The notes under the pieces are model-generated. The model searched no databases. It had not been told where the DNA came from and saw only the letters and a program-made list of their open reading frames with translations. Of a DNA stretch of 64,000 bases, positions 11,898 through 23,486 are shown piece after piece. Made by a program: the position numbers and the translations under genes. Origin of the DNA: an uncultured Candidatus Rokubacteria bacterium (GTDB lineage: Bacteria; Methylomirabilota; Methylomirabilia; Rokubacteriales; CSP1-6); assembly GCA_963747235.1 (NCBI GenBank), contig CAVVEU010000024.1:256001-320000 (forward strand), given 5' to 3'. How positions within the stretch are numbered: position 1 is the stretch's first letter; every line of letters starts with the position of its first letter.

Positions 11898-12756
11898 GCG
11901 CCACCTCCAGGCCCCGCCGGCCCAGCAGCCGCTCGGCGCTGGCCCAGTAATCGCGCGCCTGCCGCGCGGCCTCATCCCGCTCCATCATGGTCTTCCGTCG
12001 CTCCGCGTCGTCTCTCGCGGCGCCGAGGCGTCCCAGGGCGGCCCGCTCCCGGTCCCACGCGTCCGTGGTGGCCACCAGCGACTCCGCGGCCCGGAGCGCC
12101 GGATCGGCCATGGCCCGCGCCGGGTCGCTCTCGAGCACCGCGGTGTTTCGCCGCTTCAGATCGGTCATCTCGGCCTTCAGGGCCTGCGCGCCGGCCCCGG
12201 CCTCCGCCTGCGTGATCTTCCACCGGGCCGATAGCGCGCGGCTTCGTTCCTGGAGGCGCACCAGGTCCTGGCGCAGCCGCACGGTGCCGTGCTCGCGGGC
12301 CTCGCTGAGCGACTCTCCGTAGGCGCCGGGGTCGGCCACCGCGACCTCGAGCGACGCGCGCAGCGCCTCGCGCTCGGCCGAGAAGCGGTCCAGGCAGTCG
12401 AGCCCGATCTGCTGGCTCTGGAACAGCTCGGCGCCGGTCCGCGCGTTGGCGGTCGTGCGCGCCTCGAGAGCCTCCGCCTTCCGCGCGAGCTCCCGCCAGC
12501 GCTGGGCCTCGGCGCTCGCGCCCTCGGCGGCCGCCTGGCTGGCCCGCGCCTGGAGCGCCTTGAGGTCGCTGGCGAGCGACGCGGTCCAGACCGGCTGCGT
12601 CGCGCCGGCCAGGCAGTGCTGCTCCTGGGCGCTGTTCGCGGCCAGCCGGCCGCGGAGGCGGGCGATCTCGGCCGTCAGGTCGAGGGTCTGGCTCCACGCG
12701 GCGCCCACGGGCGACGCAGCCAGCGCAATCAGCGTGAAGAGGAGCGCGCGTCGCAT
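11854..12756 (-). CDS. Secreted coiled-coil hypothetical protein
   Basis: Sec signal peptide MRRALLFTLIALAASPVGAAWS followed by an Ala/Glu/Arg-rich helical body. Confidence 0.7.
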   Translation of the reverse strand: MRRALLFTLIALAASPVGAAWSQTLDLTAEIARLRGRLAANSAQEQHCLAGATQPVWTASLASDLKALQARASQAAAEGASAEAQRWRELARKAEALEARTTANARTGAELFQSQQIGLDCLDRFSAEREALRASLEVAVADPGAYGESLSEAREHGTVRLRQDLVRLQERSRALSARWKITQAEAGAGAQALKAEMTDLKRRNTAVLESDPARAMADPALRAAESLVATTDAWDRERAALGRLGAARDDAERRKTMMERDEAARQARDYWASAERLLGRRGLEVAPTRGTASPASAGTP

Positions 12757-12762
12757 GAAGGC

Positions 12763-12840
12763 CTACGCGAACAGCGACAGGCCCACGGACACGATCGCGG
12801 CCACTCTCAGCAAGCCCGGCAGTCCCAGTCTCCGCAGCAT
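12763..12840 (-). CDS. Small 25-aa hydrophobic peptide MLRRLGLPGLLRVAAIVSVGLSLFA
   Basis: AAAGGAGG Shine-Dalgarno 8 nt before ATG 12840; TAG at 12765-12763. Below the ORF-track cut-off. Confidence 0.6.
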   Translation of the reverse strand: MLRRLGLPGLLRVAAIVSVGLSLFA

Positions 12841-12872
12841 GAGCTCGGCCTCCTTTGCCCGGCCGCTTACAT

Positions 12873-12917
12873 AGCAAGAGGAAGGCCACCAAATAGGCAC
12901 TTGAAATCAGTCACTTG
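12873..12917 (-). promoter_or_regulatory. Sigma54 (-24/-12) promoter with adjacent IHF-like site
   Basis: TGGCCTTCCTCTTGCT (GG-N10-GC) on the minus strand at 12888-12873; AATCAGTCACTTG (WATCAR-N4-TTR) at 12905-12917. Confidence 0.65.
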
Positions 12918-13022
12918 TTGGATATCTCGGCGGCTCGATCCCCTCCAAATTTGTCAGCCGCCCTTCGGTTTCGGTTAGGCCGCAGGATCAGCGTGCGCAA
13001 TCGCTTCGTGGTATAAGCGCTC

Positions 13023-13475
13023 GTGCCCCAGCCACCAATCCCCGTCGTCCGCGTCGACGTGATGCGCGACGATCCGGCGCTCGCGTTGCCCGCCTACGCG
13101 CGCGCGGGCGACGCCGGGCTCGATCTCCTGGCCGCCGCGACGGTGACGCTGCCGCCCGGGGGCCGCGAGCTGGTGCCGACGGGACTGCGCGTGGCGATTC
13201 CGGAGGGCTACGCGGGGCTGGTGCTGCCGCGCTCGGGGCTGGCGCTACGCGCCGGAGTCACGGTGCTGAACGCGCCGGGCCTCATCGACGCCGGCTACCG
13301 CGGAGAGATCGGCGTGCTGCTGATCAATCACGGCGCCGCCGCGGTGACCCTGAGCCGCGGCGAGCGCATCGCCCAGCTCGTGATCCAGCCGGTGGCGCGG
13401 GCGACCCTGGTCGAGGTGCGGGAGCTGGAGGGGAGTCAGCGCGGGACGGGGGGATTCGGAAGCACCGGAACCTAG
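13023..13475 (+). CDS. dut: dUTP diphosphatase
   Basis: AGLDL, PRSGLA, GLIDAGYRGEI, RIAQL, RGTGGFGSTG. Confidence 0.97.
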   Translation: MPQPPIPVVRVDVMRDDPALALPAYARAGDAGLDLLAAATVTLPPGGRELVPTGLRVAIPEGYAGLVLPRSGLALRAGVTVLNAPGLIDAGYRGEIGVLLINHGAAAVTLSRGERIAQLVIQPVARATLVEVRELEGSQRGTGGFGSTGT

Positions 13476-13485
13476 GCTCCCGCCC

Positions 13486-14449
13486 CTACTGGTTCAGCCG
13501 TCGCTTCCAGAAACCCAGGAGGCCCTGAGGCATGAAGATCACCATCAGGATGAAGGCGATGCCCAGCGGGATCAGGTAGTACTCGGCCCAGAAGCGGGAG
13601 AGGCCCTCGCGGAGCAGCAGGAAGAACGCCGCGCCCACCACCGGGCCGACGAGCGTGCCCATGCCGCCCATGACGTTGTAGATGACCACCTCGCCCGACA
13701 CCGTGAAGAAGACGAAGTCCGGCGCGGCGAAGCGGTGCTGGATCGCGTAGAGGGTCCCGGAGAGTCCCGCGAACAGCCCCGAGAGCAGCACCGCCACGAT
13801 CTTGTAGCGCTCCACGTGGTACCCGATCGCGCGCGTCCTGGGCTCGTTCTCCCGGATCGACTGCAGCACCATCCCGAACGGGGACTGGGTGATCCGGCGC
13901 AGGGTGAGATAGGAGAGCGCGACGATCGCGAGGACGAACCAGTGGAGGCTCACCGTCGAGAACCGCGCGCTCAAGATGCCGGGAATCGTGAACGGCGGCT
14001 GGGTGAAGTACAGGCCGTTCTCGCCGCCGGTCACGTCGGTCCAGGTGAAGATGATGACGTAGAAGATCTGCGAGAAGACGAGCGTGGTGATGGCGAAGTA
14101 GATGTCGCGGAGGCGCGTGGCGAAGATAGGCCACGAACACCGCCACCAGCGCGGCCGCGGCGAGCCCCACCGCGAGGGCGATCCAGAGATTCGGCGAGCG
14201 CAGCACCAGCAGCGCGGCGGCGGCGCCGTAGAGCCCCAGCCCGAAGAAGGCGGAGTGCCCGAAGGACACCATGCCGGTGTAGCCGATGAGGATGTCCGAG
14301 GACATCGCGAGCAGTCCCCAGATGAGGATCTCGGTGAGGAACTTCCGCCAGAACTCGGGGAGCCCGAGCGGGGCGAGCGCGAGCGCGGCGACCACGGCCA
14401 GGAAGACGATCCAGAATCTGCGGTGCGTCGGAGAGGCCAGGGTCGTCAC
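13486..14449 (-). CDS. livM: Branched-chain amino acid ABC permease LivM-like (frameshift near 14127)
   Basis: GYTGMVSFGHSAFFG, TGGENG, SIRENE, GGMGTLVGP split over two frames. Confidence 0.85.
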
Positions 14450-15310
14450 TTCGGCGTCGGCACGAACAGGCCGGTCGGCCGGAAGAGCAGGGTGAGGATC
14501 AGGACGACGAACGAGACGATGACCGCCTGCGAGGGGCTCACCACCAGCGAGGCGTACGCCTCCAGCAGGCTGATGAAGAGCGCGGCGAGGATGGACCCAC
14601 CCAGGTTGCCCATGCCGCCCACGACCACGACGCTGAAGGCGCGCAGCGTGAACTCGAAGCCCATGGTCTGGGTCACCGCGGCCAGGGGCGCGAACAGCAC
14701 GCCGGAGGCGGCCGCCATCGCGGAGCCGATCGCGAAGACCCCGGTGTGGACCAGGGGCACCGGGATGCCCATCGCGGCCGCCATCACGCGGTCCTGGGTG
14801 GTGGCGCGGATCCAGATCCCGTACTTGCCGTACTTCAGGAAGAGATAGAGCGCGCCGATGATGGCGCCCGCCATCACCGCGGCGCCCAGGCGATACCAGG
14901 GGTACTGCAGGTAGAAGAGCTCGAATCGGCCGGGGATCGGCTGCGGGATGTTCTGGGCCGTCGGGCCGAACTGCCAGAGCGCGTACTTCTGGAGCACCAG
15001 GGAGATCGCCGAAGGTCGCGATGATGGTGGTCAGGGGATCGCGGCCGATCAGGGGCCGGAGCGTGGTGATCTGGAGCAGCGCCCCGAAGGCCGCGATGAC
15101 GAGCGACGCCACCAGGAGTCCGAGCCAGAAGTTGCCGGTCTGGGCGACCGTCACCGCGCCGGTGAACGCGCCCAGCATCACGAGGTCGCCGTGGGCGAAG
15201 TTGACCACGTCCATGATGCCGAAGATCAGGGTCAGGCCCGAGGCGACGAGCGCGAGCACCATGCCGTTGACGAGCCCGTTGACCGTCTGCACGAGGATCT
15301 GCTCGAACAC
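14446..15310 (-). CDS. livH: ABC permease LivH-like (frameshift near 15003)
   Basis: GLTLIFGIMDVVNFAHG and VVVVGGMGN. Confidence 0.85.
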
Positions 15311-15313
15311 CGC

Positions 15314-16021
<708 letters not shown>

Positions 16022-16022
<1 letters not shown>

Positions 16023-16816
16023 CAGCCCTTCAGGTAGACCTCCTGCACGCGCGGGTTCGACTGGATCTCGCCCGGCGTCCCCTCGGCCAGCACCTCGCCG
16101 TAGTGGAGCACGGTGATCCGGTGGGCCAGGTTCATCACCACCTCCATGTCGTGCTCGACGACGAGGATGGTGAGGTTCCGGGCGATGCGCCGCACCAGCT
16201 CCACGGTGGCGTGGGTCTCGGTCACGCTCATGCCCGCGGTCGGCTCGTCGAGGCACAGGATCTGGGGCTCGGTGGCCAGCGCGACGGCGATCTCGAGGTT
16301 GCGCTGCTCGCCGTGGGAGAGGTTGGCGGCCAGCTCGGCCTCCTTGTCCAGCAGGCCCACCGAGTCGAGGACCGATCGCGCCCGGTCGATGAGGTCGCGG
16401 TAGCTCTGGTGGTGGCGCAGGAGGCTCCAGCCGTGGTGGCGCGACTGGGCCGCGATGCGCGCGTTCTCCAGCACCGTCGCGCCGGGCAGGATATTGGTGA
16501 TCTGGTACGAGCGCGCGAGCCCCTTGTGGGAGATCCGGTGCGGGGGCAGCCCCGCCACGTCCTCGCCGTTCAGGAAGATGCGCCCGCTCGTCGGGCGCAG
16601 CACGCCGGTCACGCAGTTGAAGAAGGTGCTCTTGCCCGCCCCGTTGGGGCCGATGATGGCGCGGATCTCGCCGCGCGGGACCGTGATGCTCACGTTGCCG
16701 ACGGCGGTGAGCCCGCCGAAGCGCATGGTGAGGCCGTCGGTGCGAAGAATTGCGTCCGCGGCGCCCCGGTCCGGCCGGACCGGGGCGCCCTGCGATTGAG
16801 CCTGCGAAGCCGTCAC
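16022..16816 (-). CDS. livG: ABC ATPase LivG-like
   Basis: GPNGAGKST, LSHGEQR, LDEPTAG, VEHDM. Confidence 0.9.
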
Positions 16817-16820
16817 GCGG

Positions 16821-18113
16821 CTAGGCGAACTTGCACGCGGCCGGCACCACCGTCTGTTCCTTCGGAATGATGTCGAGGAGCTTGAACTTCATGTCGCGGA
16901 TCTCGAAGATGAACTCGCGCACGAAGGCCTGGTGGTCCTCCTTGCGGAGCGTCTTGTCGCCCTGGGGGAAGTCGTCGGACTCCTTGACCTCCATGCCCTC
17001 GAGCGCCTCGATGAGCTTCATGCTGTCCTCGCGCCCGCGGAACTTCGACCGCTCCATGCCGAGCTTGAGGAAGTTGACCCCCTCGAAGTTGGATTGCACG
17101 TACCGGTCGGGCAGGGACACCCCGAGGGGCGCCAGGCGGGCGACCGATTCGTCGAGGAACTTCTTGTGGGACGGGGTGTTGAGCTTGCCCTCCAGCAGCG
17201 GGATGTAGCGGTCCACCCCGACGAATCCGTCCGCCTTGGCCCCCATGGCGGGCAGGCTGGTGGCCACCACGATGGCGCCGTCGCCCGCGATGCGCGCCTT
17301 CTTCGAGATGCCGAGGTCGAAGCTCTGGTTGACGAAGGAGATGCCCTGCGGCCCGAAGAAGATCCCGAAGAGGCCGTCGTAGGGGCCGCTGATCTTGCTG
17401 AGGAACGCGGTCATGTCCGCGGTGCCGAGGGGGACGCCGGTGGTGCCCGGTGACCTCGCCGCCGAGCTTCTTGATCTCCTGGGCGTAGGCATCCCGCGTT
17501 GATTGGCCCCAGGCGTAGTCCGCGTAGGCGATGTGCCACTTCTTGCCGACCTTGTTCACCAGGTACGGCGCGATCGCCACCGCCTGCGACGGGCGCGAAG
17601 TCGAACGGCCTGAACGTATAGCGGCTGCACTTGCTGGTGGTGATCGTGGTGTCGAGGCACACCGTGATCATGTTGACCACCTTGTGCTCCTCGTACACCG
17701 GCATGCAGGCCAGGCAGACGTTGGAGAGATAGCCGCCCGCGTGCGCGTCGATCTTGTCCTCGAGGACCAGCTTCTCGGCCTTGCGCCGGCCGACGTCCGG
17801 CTTGGACTCGTAGTCGGCGACGATCAGCTCGATCGGGCGGCCGTTGACGCCGCCCCCCTTGTTGATGCGGTCCACCGCCATCTGCACGCCCACGAGGGCG
17901 GTCTTGCCGCCGGCCGCCGCGGTGCCCGAGAGGGGCTGCAGCGTGCCGAGCTTGTAGGGCTTGGCCTGGCCGAAGGCCGCGCGCCACGGCGCGGGCACGA
18001 GCATGCCCGCCCCGATCGCCCCCGCCGCGCGTCGCGCTCAGGCCGAGCCAGCGCCGGCGCGTGATCTTGCCGCGGTACCAGAGTTCCTGCGCATCGTTGT
18101 CGTGATTCGCCAT
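16821..18113 (-). CDS. Liv-type periplasmic substrate-binding protein with Tat-like leader (several frameshifts)
   Basis: ITRRRWL leader, QPLSG, GGVNGRPIEL, ADYAWGQS across frames; CAGGAGG RBS. Confidence 0.8.
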
Positions 18114-18148
18114 GGTGAAAGCCTCCTGTGACTGCGTAATCGGAATAC

Positions 18149-19456
18149 TCAGTGAGAAGTTCCCGCCACCGCGGTGAGCGCCTCGCCGAAGACCTCCAGG
18201 GTTTGCGCCACCTCCACCTCGGTGTGGACGAGCGACACGTAGAACTTCTGGGCCGCCTTGACCACGCCGCGGGTGAGCATCTCGCGGGTGAAGGCGGCGT
18301 GGAGGGCCTGATCCGCGGACAGCGTGGCCCGGTAGTCGGTGATCGGCCGGTCGGTGAAGTAGATCTCGAACACGGGCGCCTCGCCCGCCACCTGCACCGG
18401 CAGGCCCGCGCGCCGCGCGGCCGCCTCGAGCCCCTGCTTGAGCCGCGTGCCGGTGGCGAAGAGGCGCTCGTAGGTCCCGGGCCGGCGCAGCTCGGCGAGG
18501 GTGGCGAGGCCCGCCGCGGCGGCGATCGGGTTGCCGTTGAGCGTGCCGGCCTGCTGGACGAAGCCGCCCTCGCTCATCTCCTGCGAGAAGTGCCGCATGA
18601 TGTCGCGCCGGCCCGCGACCGCGGCGAGCGGGAAGCCGCCGCCGATGATCTTGCCGAAGGCGGCCAGGTCCGGCACGACGCCGTAGTACTCCTGCGCGCC
18701 CCCGTAGGCGAAGCGGAAGCCGGTGACGATCTCGTCGAAGATCAGCGGCACGCCGTGTCGCGCGGTGATCTCCCGCACGCCCTGGAGGAACCCGGGCTGC
18801 GGCACCACCAGCCGCTGCAGCGGCTCCATGATGACCGCGGCCAGATCGTGGTGATGCGCCTCGATCATGGCCTGGGCCTCGGCCACGTCGTTGAAGGGCG
18901 CGACCAGGACCTCGCCCTGGATGGCGTGGGGAATGCCCGCCGAGTCCGGGGTGGGGGCGGGGAACGCCTTGGGCGCCCGCGGGCCCACGCTCATGAGGGA
19001 GTAGTCGTGGACGCCGTGAAAGCCGCCCTCGAACTTCAGGATCTTGTCGCGCTGGCGGAAGGCGCGGGCCACGCGGAGGGCGAAGAAGGTTGCCTCGCTG
19101 CCGCTGCCGCAGAACCGGATCTGCTCGGCGCACGGGACCGCCCGGCAGATCTCCTCGGCCAGGGCCAGGGTGGGCTCGCTGAGCTGGAAGTACGTGGTGC
19201 CCTTGCGGAGCTGGGCCTCCACCGCGGCGACCACCGCGGGATGGGCGTGGCCCAGCACGAGGGGGCCGCTGCCCAGGATGTAGTCAATGTACTCGCGGCC
19301 CGAGAAGTCGTAGAGCCGCGGCCCCCGGGCCTCGCGCACGACGAAGGCCAGCTCCTGCGGGGCGTAGTACCCCCCCAGGACGCCTCCGGGGAGCACCCGC
19401 ATCGCCGTCTCGAGCAGAGCCAATTCTTCGGGACTGCGGCCAGCCAGACCTGCCAT
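18149..19456 (-). CDS. Class III PLP aminotransferase, glutamate-1-semialdehyde aminomutase-like
   Basis: SGSEAT, KFEGGFHG, FDEIVTGFR, FGKIIGGGFP. Confidence 0.88.
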   Translation of the reverse strand: MAGLAGRSPEELALLETAMRVLPGGVLGGYYAPQELAFVVREARGPRLYDFSGREYIDYILGSGPLVLGHAHPAVVAAVEAQLRKGTTYFQLSEPTLALAEEICRAVPCAEQIRFCGSGSEATFFALRVARAFRQRDKILKFEGGFHGVHDYSLMSVGPRAPKAFPAPTPDSAGIPHAIQGEVLVAPFNDVAEAQAMIEAHHHDLAAVIMEPLQRLVVPQPGFLQGVREITARHGVPLIFDEIVTGFRFAYGGAQEYYGVVPDLAAFGKIIGGGFPLAAVAGRRDIMRHFSQEMSEGGFVQQAGTLNGNPIAAAAGLATLAELRRPGTYERLFATGTRLKQGLEAAARRAGLPVQVAGEAPVFEIYFTDRPITDYRATLSADQALHAAFTREMLTRGVVKAAQKFYVSLVHTEVEVAQTLEVFGEALTAVAGTSH

Positions 19457-19562
19457 TCCACCTCGCTGGGATGGGGAGATTGGACGGTCTTATACCGTGA
19501 AACCGCCCCCGGCCGCAAGGGTGCGCTTACTCGGCCGCGAGGAAAATCGAGGGGACGGAGGC

Positions 19563-20492
19563 CTAGGCCGAGAGCCCGGCCGCCCGCAGGGCCAGGCGGA
19601 TCCGGTGCCGCTCGTCGTCGGAGACGGGGGTGAGCGGCGGCCGCACGTGAGCGGCCGGGATGCGGCCGAGGATCGCGAGGGCTTCCTTCATGCGATTGTG
19701 CATGTCCACGAAGGGCGGCGCGTAGAACACCTGGACGAGCGGCGCCAGCCGGTCGTTGATCGTCCGCGCCTCGTCGAGCCGGCCGGCCTGGACCGCCGCG
19801 AACAGGGACGCCTGCAGATCGGCGGTCACGCTGCCCATGCCCGAGATGCAGCCGTCGGCGCCCAGCATGAAGCTCGCCATCAGCGACATGGTGAAGGACG
19901 AGAGCATCGCCACCGGCCGGCCCGCGCCGCGCAGCGCGCGCAGGTTCTTCTCGTACGAGACGATGTCGTTCGACCAGTCCTTCACCCCCGCCACCGTCGG
20001 GATCTTGCACAGCTCGGCGAGTGTCTCGGGGCTGTAGCCGATGCCGGAGGCGGGCGGGTACTCGAAGACGATCAGCGGCAGGTCCACCGCGTCCGCGATG
20101 GTCTGGAAGTGCCGCAGCACCATGTCCGGCTTCTGCTGCGCGCCCCACATGAACAGGGTCGGCGGGAAGACGAGCAGGCCGGCCGCGCCCGCCGCGCGCG
20201 CATCGCGCGCCAGCTCCACCGCCTCGAGCGTCCCGTCGCAGTAGACGCCGGTGACGATGGGCACCTTGCCCGCGACCTCGTCGAGCGCGATCGCCAGGGT
20301 CCGCTTGCGCTCCTCGCGCGTCAGCGAGGCGACCTCGGCCGCGTGGCCGTTGGCCACGATGCCGGTGACGCCGGGCGCGTCGGCGAGCCAGCGGAGATGC
20401 TTGCGGTAGGCCGGCTCGTCGATCGCCAGATCCGCGGTGAACGGCAGGAGATTGGCCGGCATGCACCCGTGGAAGCGGAGCCCGTTCGCCAT
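19563..20492 (-). CDS. DapA/NAL-family aldolase or dehydratase (not canonical DHDPS)
   Basis: TIM-barrel pattern with Schiff-base Lys in GVKDWS; NGHAAE replaces GTTGE. Confidence 0.85.
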   Translation of the reverse strand: MANGLRFHGCMPANLLPFTADLAIDEPAYRKHLRWLADAPGVTGIVANGHAAEVASLTREERKRTLAIALDEVAGKVPIVTGVYCDGTLEAVELARDARAAGAAGLLVFPPTLFMWGAQQKPDMVLRHFQTIADAVDLPLIVFEYPPASGIGYSPETLAELCKIPTVAGVKDWSNDIVSYEKNLRALRGAGRPVAMLSSFTMSLMASFMLGADGCISGMGSVTADLQASLFAAVQAGRLDEARTINDRLAPLVQVFYAPPFVDMHNRMKEALAILGRIPAAHVRPPLTPVSDDERHRIRLALRAAGLSA

Positions 20493-20522
20493 GGCTAGGA
20501 CTCTAGCATACCCGCGCCGCGG

Positions 20523-20650
20523 TCAGCCGCGCGCCAGCTCGTCCGCCACTTCCTTGGCGGAGAGCACGCGCGGTGCCGAGCACGCAGATGTGGGCAGTGT
20601 AGCTTGGGGTCCAGGGGGAGGGTCTTGCTGAAGACCTCGTCGTGGTGCAC
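20523..20650 (-). pseudogene. Possible deleted remnant of a cysteine-hydrolase gene
   Basis: Fragments DEVFSKT, YTAHICVLGTAR and (another frame) RVLSAKEVADELARG*. Confidence 0.3.
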
Positions 20651-20689
20651 GAGGCTGTCGTTTACTTCTTCAAGCTCTTTTGTATCCGT

Positions 20690-20747
20690 TCGGCTCGCCT
20701 TCGGCTGCGCCTCACCGTGCTACTGCGTTCCACGCTACCGTTCACTA
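20690..20747 (-). repeat. Dispersed hairpin repeat family B, copy 1
   Basis: GAGGCGCAGCCGAAGGCGAGCCGA and TAGTGAACGGTAGC, both similar to motifs within 49241-49306. Confidence 0.55.
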
Positions 20748-21125
20748 CCAGGCCGATACAGAGAAGGCGTTGGGGATGTGTCTGATCGCTTTGACGGCGC
20801 CTTCGTCGTTGAAGATCACGGAGACGACGTCGAAGCGGCAGGAGACCTGCCGGAGGCGCTTGAGCTTGAGATAGCCGTGCGCCAGCTTGCCGAGCCGGTT
20901 CTGCTTGCGCGTGTTCACCGCGGCCTGCGGGGGATCGCCCTCGGCGGCGCGGCGGGTCTTGACCTCGACGAAGACGAGGGTCTTGCCGTCCTTCGCCACG
21001 AGGTCGATCTCCCCCGCGCGGGTCCTCACGTTGCGGTCCAGGATGGCGAGCCCGCTGCGCGCGAGGAAGCGGGCCGCTTCTTCCTCGCCCCTGACGCCGG
21101 TGATCTTTCGGGTGTCGGTCGGCAC
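20745..21125 (-). CDS. yraN: YraN family (UPF0102) putative endonuclease
   Basis: GEIDLVA, LVFVEVKTR, CRFDVV; follows rnhB. Confidence 0.93.
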   Translation of the reverse strand: MPTDTRKITGVRGEEEAARFLARSGLAILDRNVRTRAGEIDLVAKDGKTLVFVEVKTRRAAEGDPPQAAVNTRKQNRLGKLAHGYLKLKRLRQVSCRFDVVSVIFNDEGAVKAIRHIPNAFSVSAW

Positions 21126-21139
21126 GTGGCAACGACTCC

Positions 21140-21787
21140 TTAATCAGCCTCGATCCATTGAAGCTCGCTGCGCGAGAACAGCGCCATCTGGTTCCAGATT
21201 CCCGCGAACGTGCGACGGTGCAGCGCGCACGGCCCGTGCTGCTCGAGGGCCATCCGGTGCTCCGGGGTCGGGTATCCCTTGTGTCGCCCGAATCCGTACA
21301 CCGGGTACTCGCGATCCGCTTCTTCCATGATGCGGTCCCTCGTCACCTTGGCGATGATGGAGGCCGCCGCCACCGAGGCCGACCGCCGATCGCCTTCCAC
21401 CAGGTTCCGCTGCGGGCACCGGAGCCCCGGCACCGTCACGTAGTCCGTCAACACCAGCTCCGGCTCCAGTCCCAGCGCGCCCAGCGCCTGCCCCATCGCC
21501 AGCCGCGTCGCCTGCAGGATGTTGATCCGGTCGATCGTCAGGTGATCCACGATCCCGACCCCCACCCCCACCGCCCGCTCGCGAATCACGTCGAAGAGCC
21601 GCCGCCGCTCCTCCGGCAGGAGCCGCTTCGAGTCGTCCACCCCGGCGATCCGCGCGCCCGGCGCCAGCACCACCGCCGCCGCGACCACCGGCCCGGCCAG
21701 CGGGCCCCGCCCCGCCTCGTCCACGCCCGCGAGACGGGAGATGCCCCGTCGCCACGCGGCGCTCTCGAAGTGGTAGGGTGCGCCCAC
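21140..21787 (-). CDS. rnhB: Ribonuclease HII
   Basis: GVDEAGRGPLAGPV, DDSKRL, AASIIAKVTRD, HKGYPT. Confidence 0.96.
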   Translation of the reverse strand: MGAPYHFESAAWRRGISRLAGVDEAGRGPLAGPVVAAAVVLAPGARIAGVDDSKRLLPEERRRLFDVIRERAVGVGVGIVDHLTIDRINILQATRLAMGQALGALGLEPELVLTDYVTVPGLRCPQRNLVEGDRRSASVAAASIIAKVTRDRIMEEADREYPVYGFGRHKGYPTPEHRMALEQHGPCALHRRTFAGIWNQMALFSRSELQWIEAD

Positions 21788-21802
21788 CGGCAGGGCCCGG
21801 TC

Positions 21803-22174
21803 TTAGCTCTCGCCGGAGATGGGCACCTGGGCGATCCGCTTCTCCTTCAGCCGCGCCGCCTTGCCGACCAGGTCGCGGAGATAGTAGAGCTTGGACCGGC
21901 GCACCGTCGCCCGCTTCATCACCTGGATCTTGTCGATCCGCGGCGAGTGCACCGGGAACGTGCGTTCAACGCCCACGCCGTAGGAGATGCGCCGCACCGT
22001 GAACGAGGCGCCGGTGCCGCCCCCGCGACGGCGGATGCACACCCCCTCGAACGCCTGCAGCCGCTCCTTCTCGCCCTCCACCACCTTCACCATCACCTTG
22101 ACGGTGTCACCGGGCCGGAAGCCGCTCCGGTCCTTCTTGAGATCACCCGCCTCGACGATTCGGATCGCTTCCAT
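21803..22174 (-). CDS. rplS: 50S ribosomal protein L19
   Basis: [28 protein letters not shown]. Confidence 0.98.
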   Translation of the reverse strand: MEAIRIVEAGDLKKDRSGFRPGDTVKVMVKVVEGEKERLQAFEGVCIRRRGGGTGASFTVRRISYGVGVERTFPVHSPRIDKIQVMKRATVRRSKLYYLRDLVGKAARLKEKRIAQVPISGES

Positions 22175-22198
22175 GATCTGACGCTCCTTGCTCGATGA

Positions 22199-22960
22199 TT
22201 AGTCCAGGAGATCCGCCGGCGTCCGGCCCTGCCGGAACGCGTCGGTCCACTTCTGCTCTTCCGGGGTGAGATCGGCGGTCTCCAGGAGATCCGGCCGGCG
22301 CTGCCAGGTTCGCCACAGCGACATCAGGATGCGCCAGCGGGCGATGCGGCCGTGATCGCCCGAGCGCAGCACCTCGGGCACGGTCGCGCCGCGAAAGACC
22401 TCGGGGCGCGTGTACTGCGGGTGCTCGAGCAGTCCCCGCGCGAAGGAATCGCGCGCGGGCGCGTCCTCGTCGCCCAGCACGCCCGGGAGCAGGCGCGTGA
22501 CCGCGTCCGCCACCACCAGCGCCGCCGGCTCGCCCCCGGTCAGCACGTAGTCGCCGATGGACAGCTCCTCGTCCACGAGTTGCTCGCTCACCCGCTCGTC
22601 GACGCCCTCGTAGCGGCCGCAGACAAGCACCAGATGGGGCCGGCGCGCCATCTCCCGCGCCACCACCTGGCTGAAGCGGCGACCGGCCGGGCCCAGCAGG
22701 ATCACGTGGGCGGGTGTCCCGGGCGAGCCCGCCGCCCGCAGGGCTTCGATAGCCCCGGCCAGCGGCTCCGGCTTGAGGATCATGCCGCCGCCGCCGCCGA
22801 AGGGCGGCTCGTCGGTCACCCGGTGCCGCCCGGTCGCGTGCTCCCGGAGGTCGTGCACGCGGATGTCCACGAGGCCGCGCGCGCGGGCCCGCCCCAGGAT
22901 GGACTCGGCGAGCGGCCCCGCGAGCATTCCCGGGAACAGCGTGACGATGTCGATCCTCAC
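22199..22960 (-). CDS. trmD: tRNA (guanine-N1)-methyltransferase
   Basis: [30 protein letters not shown]. Confidence 0.97.
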   Translation of the reverse strand: MRIDIVTLFPGMLAGPLAESILGRARARGLVDIRVHDLREHATGRHRVTDEPPFGGGGGMILKPEPLAGAIEALRAAGSPGTPAHVILLGPAGRRFSQVVAREMARRPHLVLVCGRYEGVDERVSEQLVDEELSIGDYVLTGGEPAALVVADAVTRLLPGVLGDEDAPARDSFARGLLEHPQYTRPEVFRGATVPEVLRSGDHGRIARWRILMSLWRTWQRRPDLLETADLTPEEQKWTDAFRQGRTPADLLD

Positions 22961-23478
22961 AGGTCCAGCAGGCCTTCCGGCGGATCGATCACGATCCGGC
23001 GATCCGCCACGCTGACTTCCACCACGATCTCGGGCACCGCGGGGATGAGCCGCCGCTGGGTGCCGTCGTCCACCAGCCACAGCTCCTGCGCGCCCGGCTC
23101 CACGCCCACGAACCGCCCCACCTGCCGCCCGTCGCGCGTCTCGACCACCGCGCCCTCGAGCTGCCACGGGTAGAAGCTGCCCTCCACGGGAGGCAGGGCG
23201 TCCTCCCGGCTCACCGCCAGCAGCCGCCCGCAGAACCGGCGGGCCGCCTCCGGCGAGTCCACCCCGTCCATCCGGAGATAGACGGTTTCTCCCTCGAAGC
23301 GGCAGGAGGCGATGCGGCACGGCTCGCGCCGGTCCACCTGGGGCTCCCATAGCGTGCAGGACATGAGCGCCTTGAACCGCTCGCGCGGTCGGTCGGTGAG
23401 GGGACGCACCTTGACCTCGCCGCGGAGCCCGAAGGGCCGCAGCACCTCACCGATCGTCACGAGCGGCGCTCCCGTCAC
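22957..23478 (-). CDS. rimM: 16S rRNA processing protein RimM
   Basis: [16 protein letters not shown] and DPPEGLLDL; conserved gene order. Confidence 0.93.
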   Translation of the reverse strand: MTGAPLVTIGEVLRPFGLRGEVKVRPLTDRPRERFKALMSCTLWEPQVDRREPCRIASCRFEGETVYLRMDGVDSPEAARRFCGRLLAVSREDALPPVEGSFYPWQLEGAVVETRDGRQVGRFVGVEPGAQELWLVDDGTQRRLIPAVPEIVVEVSVADRRIVIDPPEGLLDL

Positions 23479-23486
23479 CTGGATTC

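Noticed and set aside
18149-20492. Calling these genes hemL and dapA
   Set aside because: The context and active-site changes suggest paralogues, so symbols are withheld.
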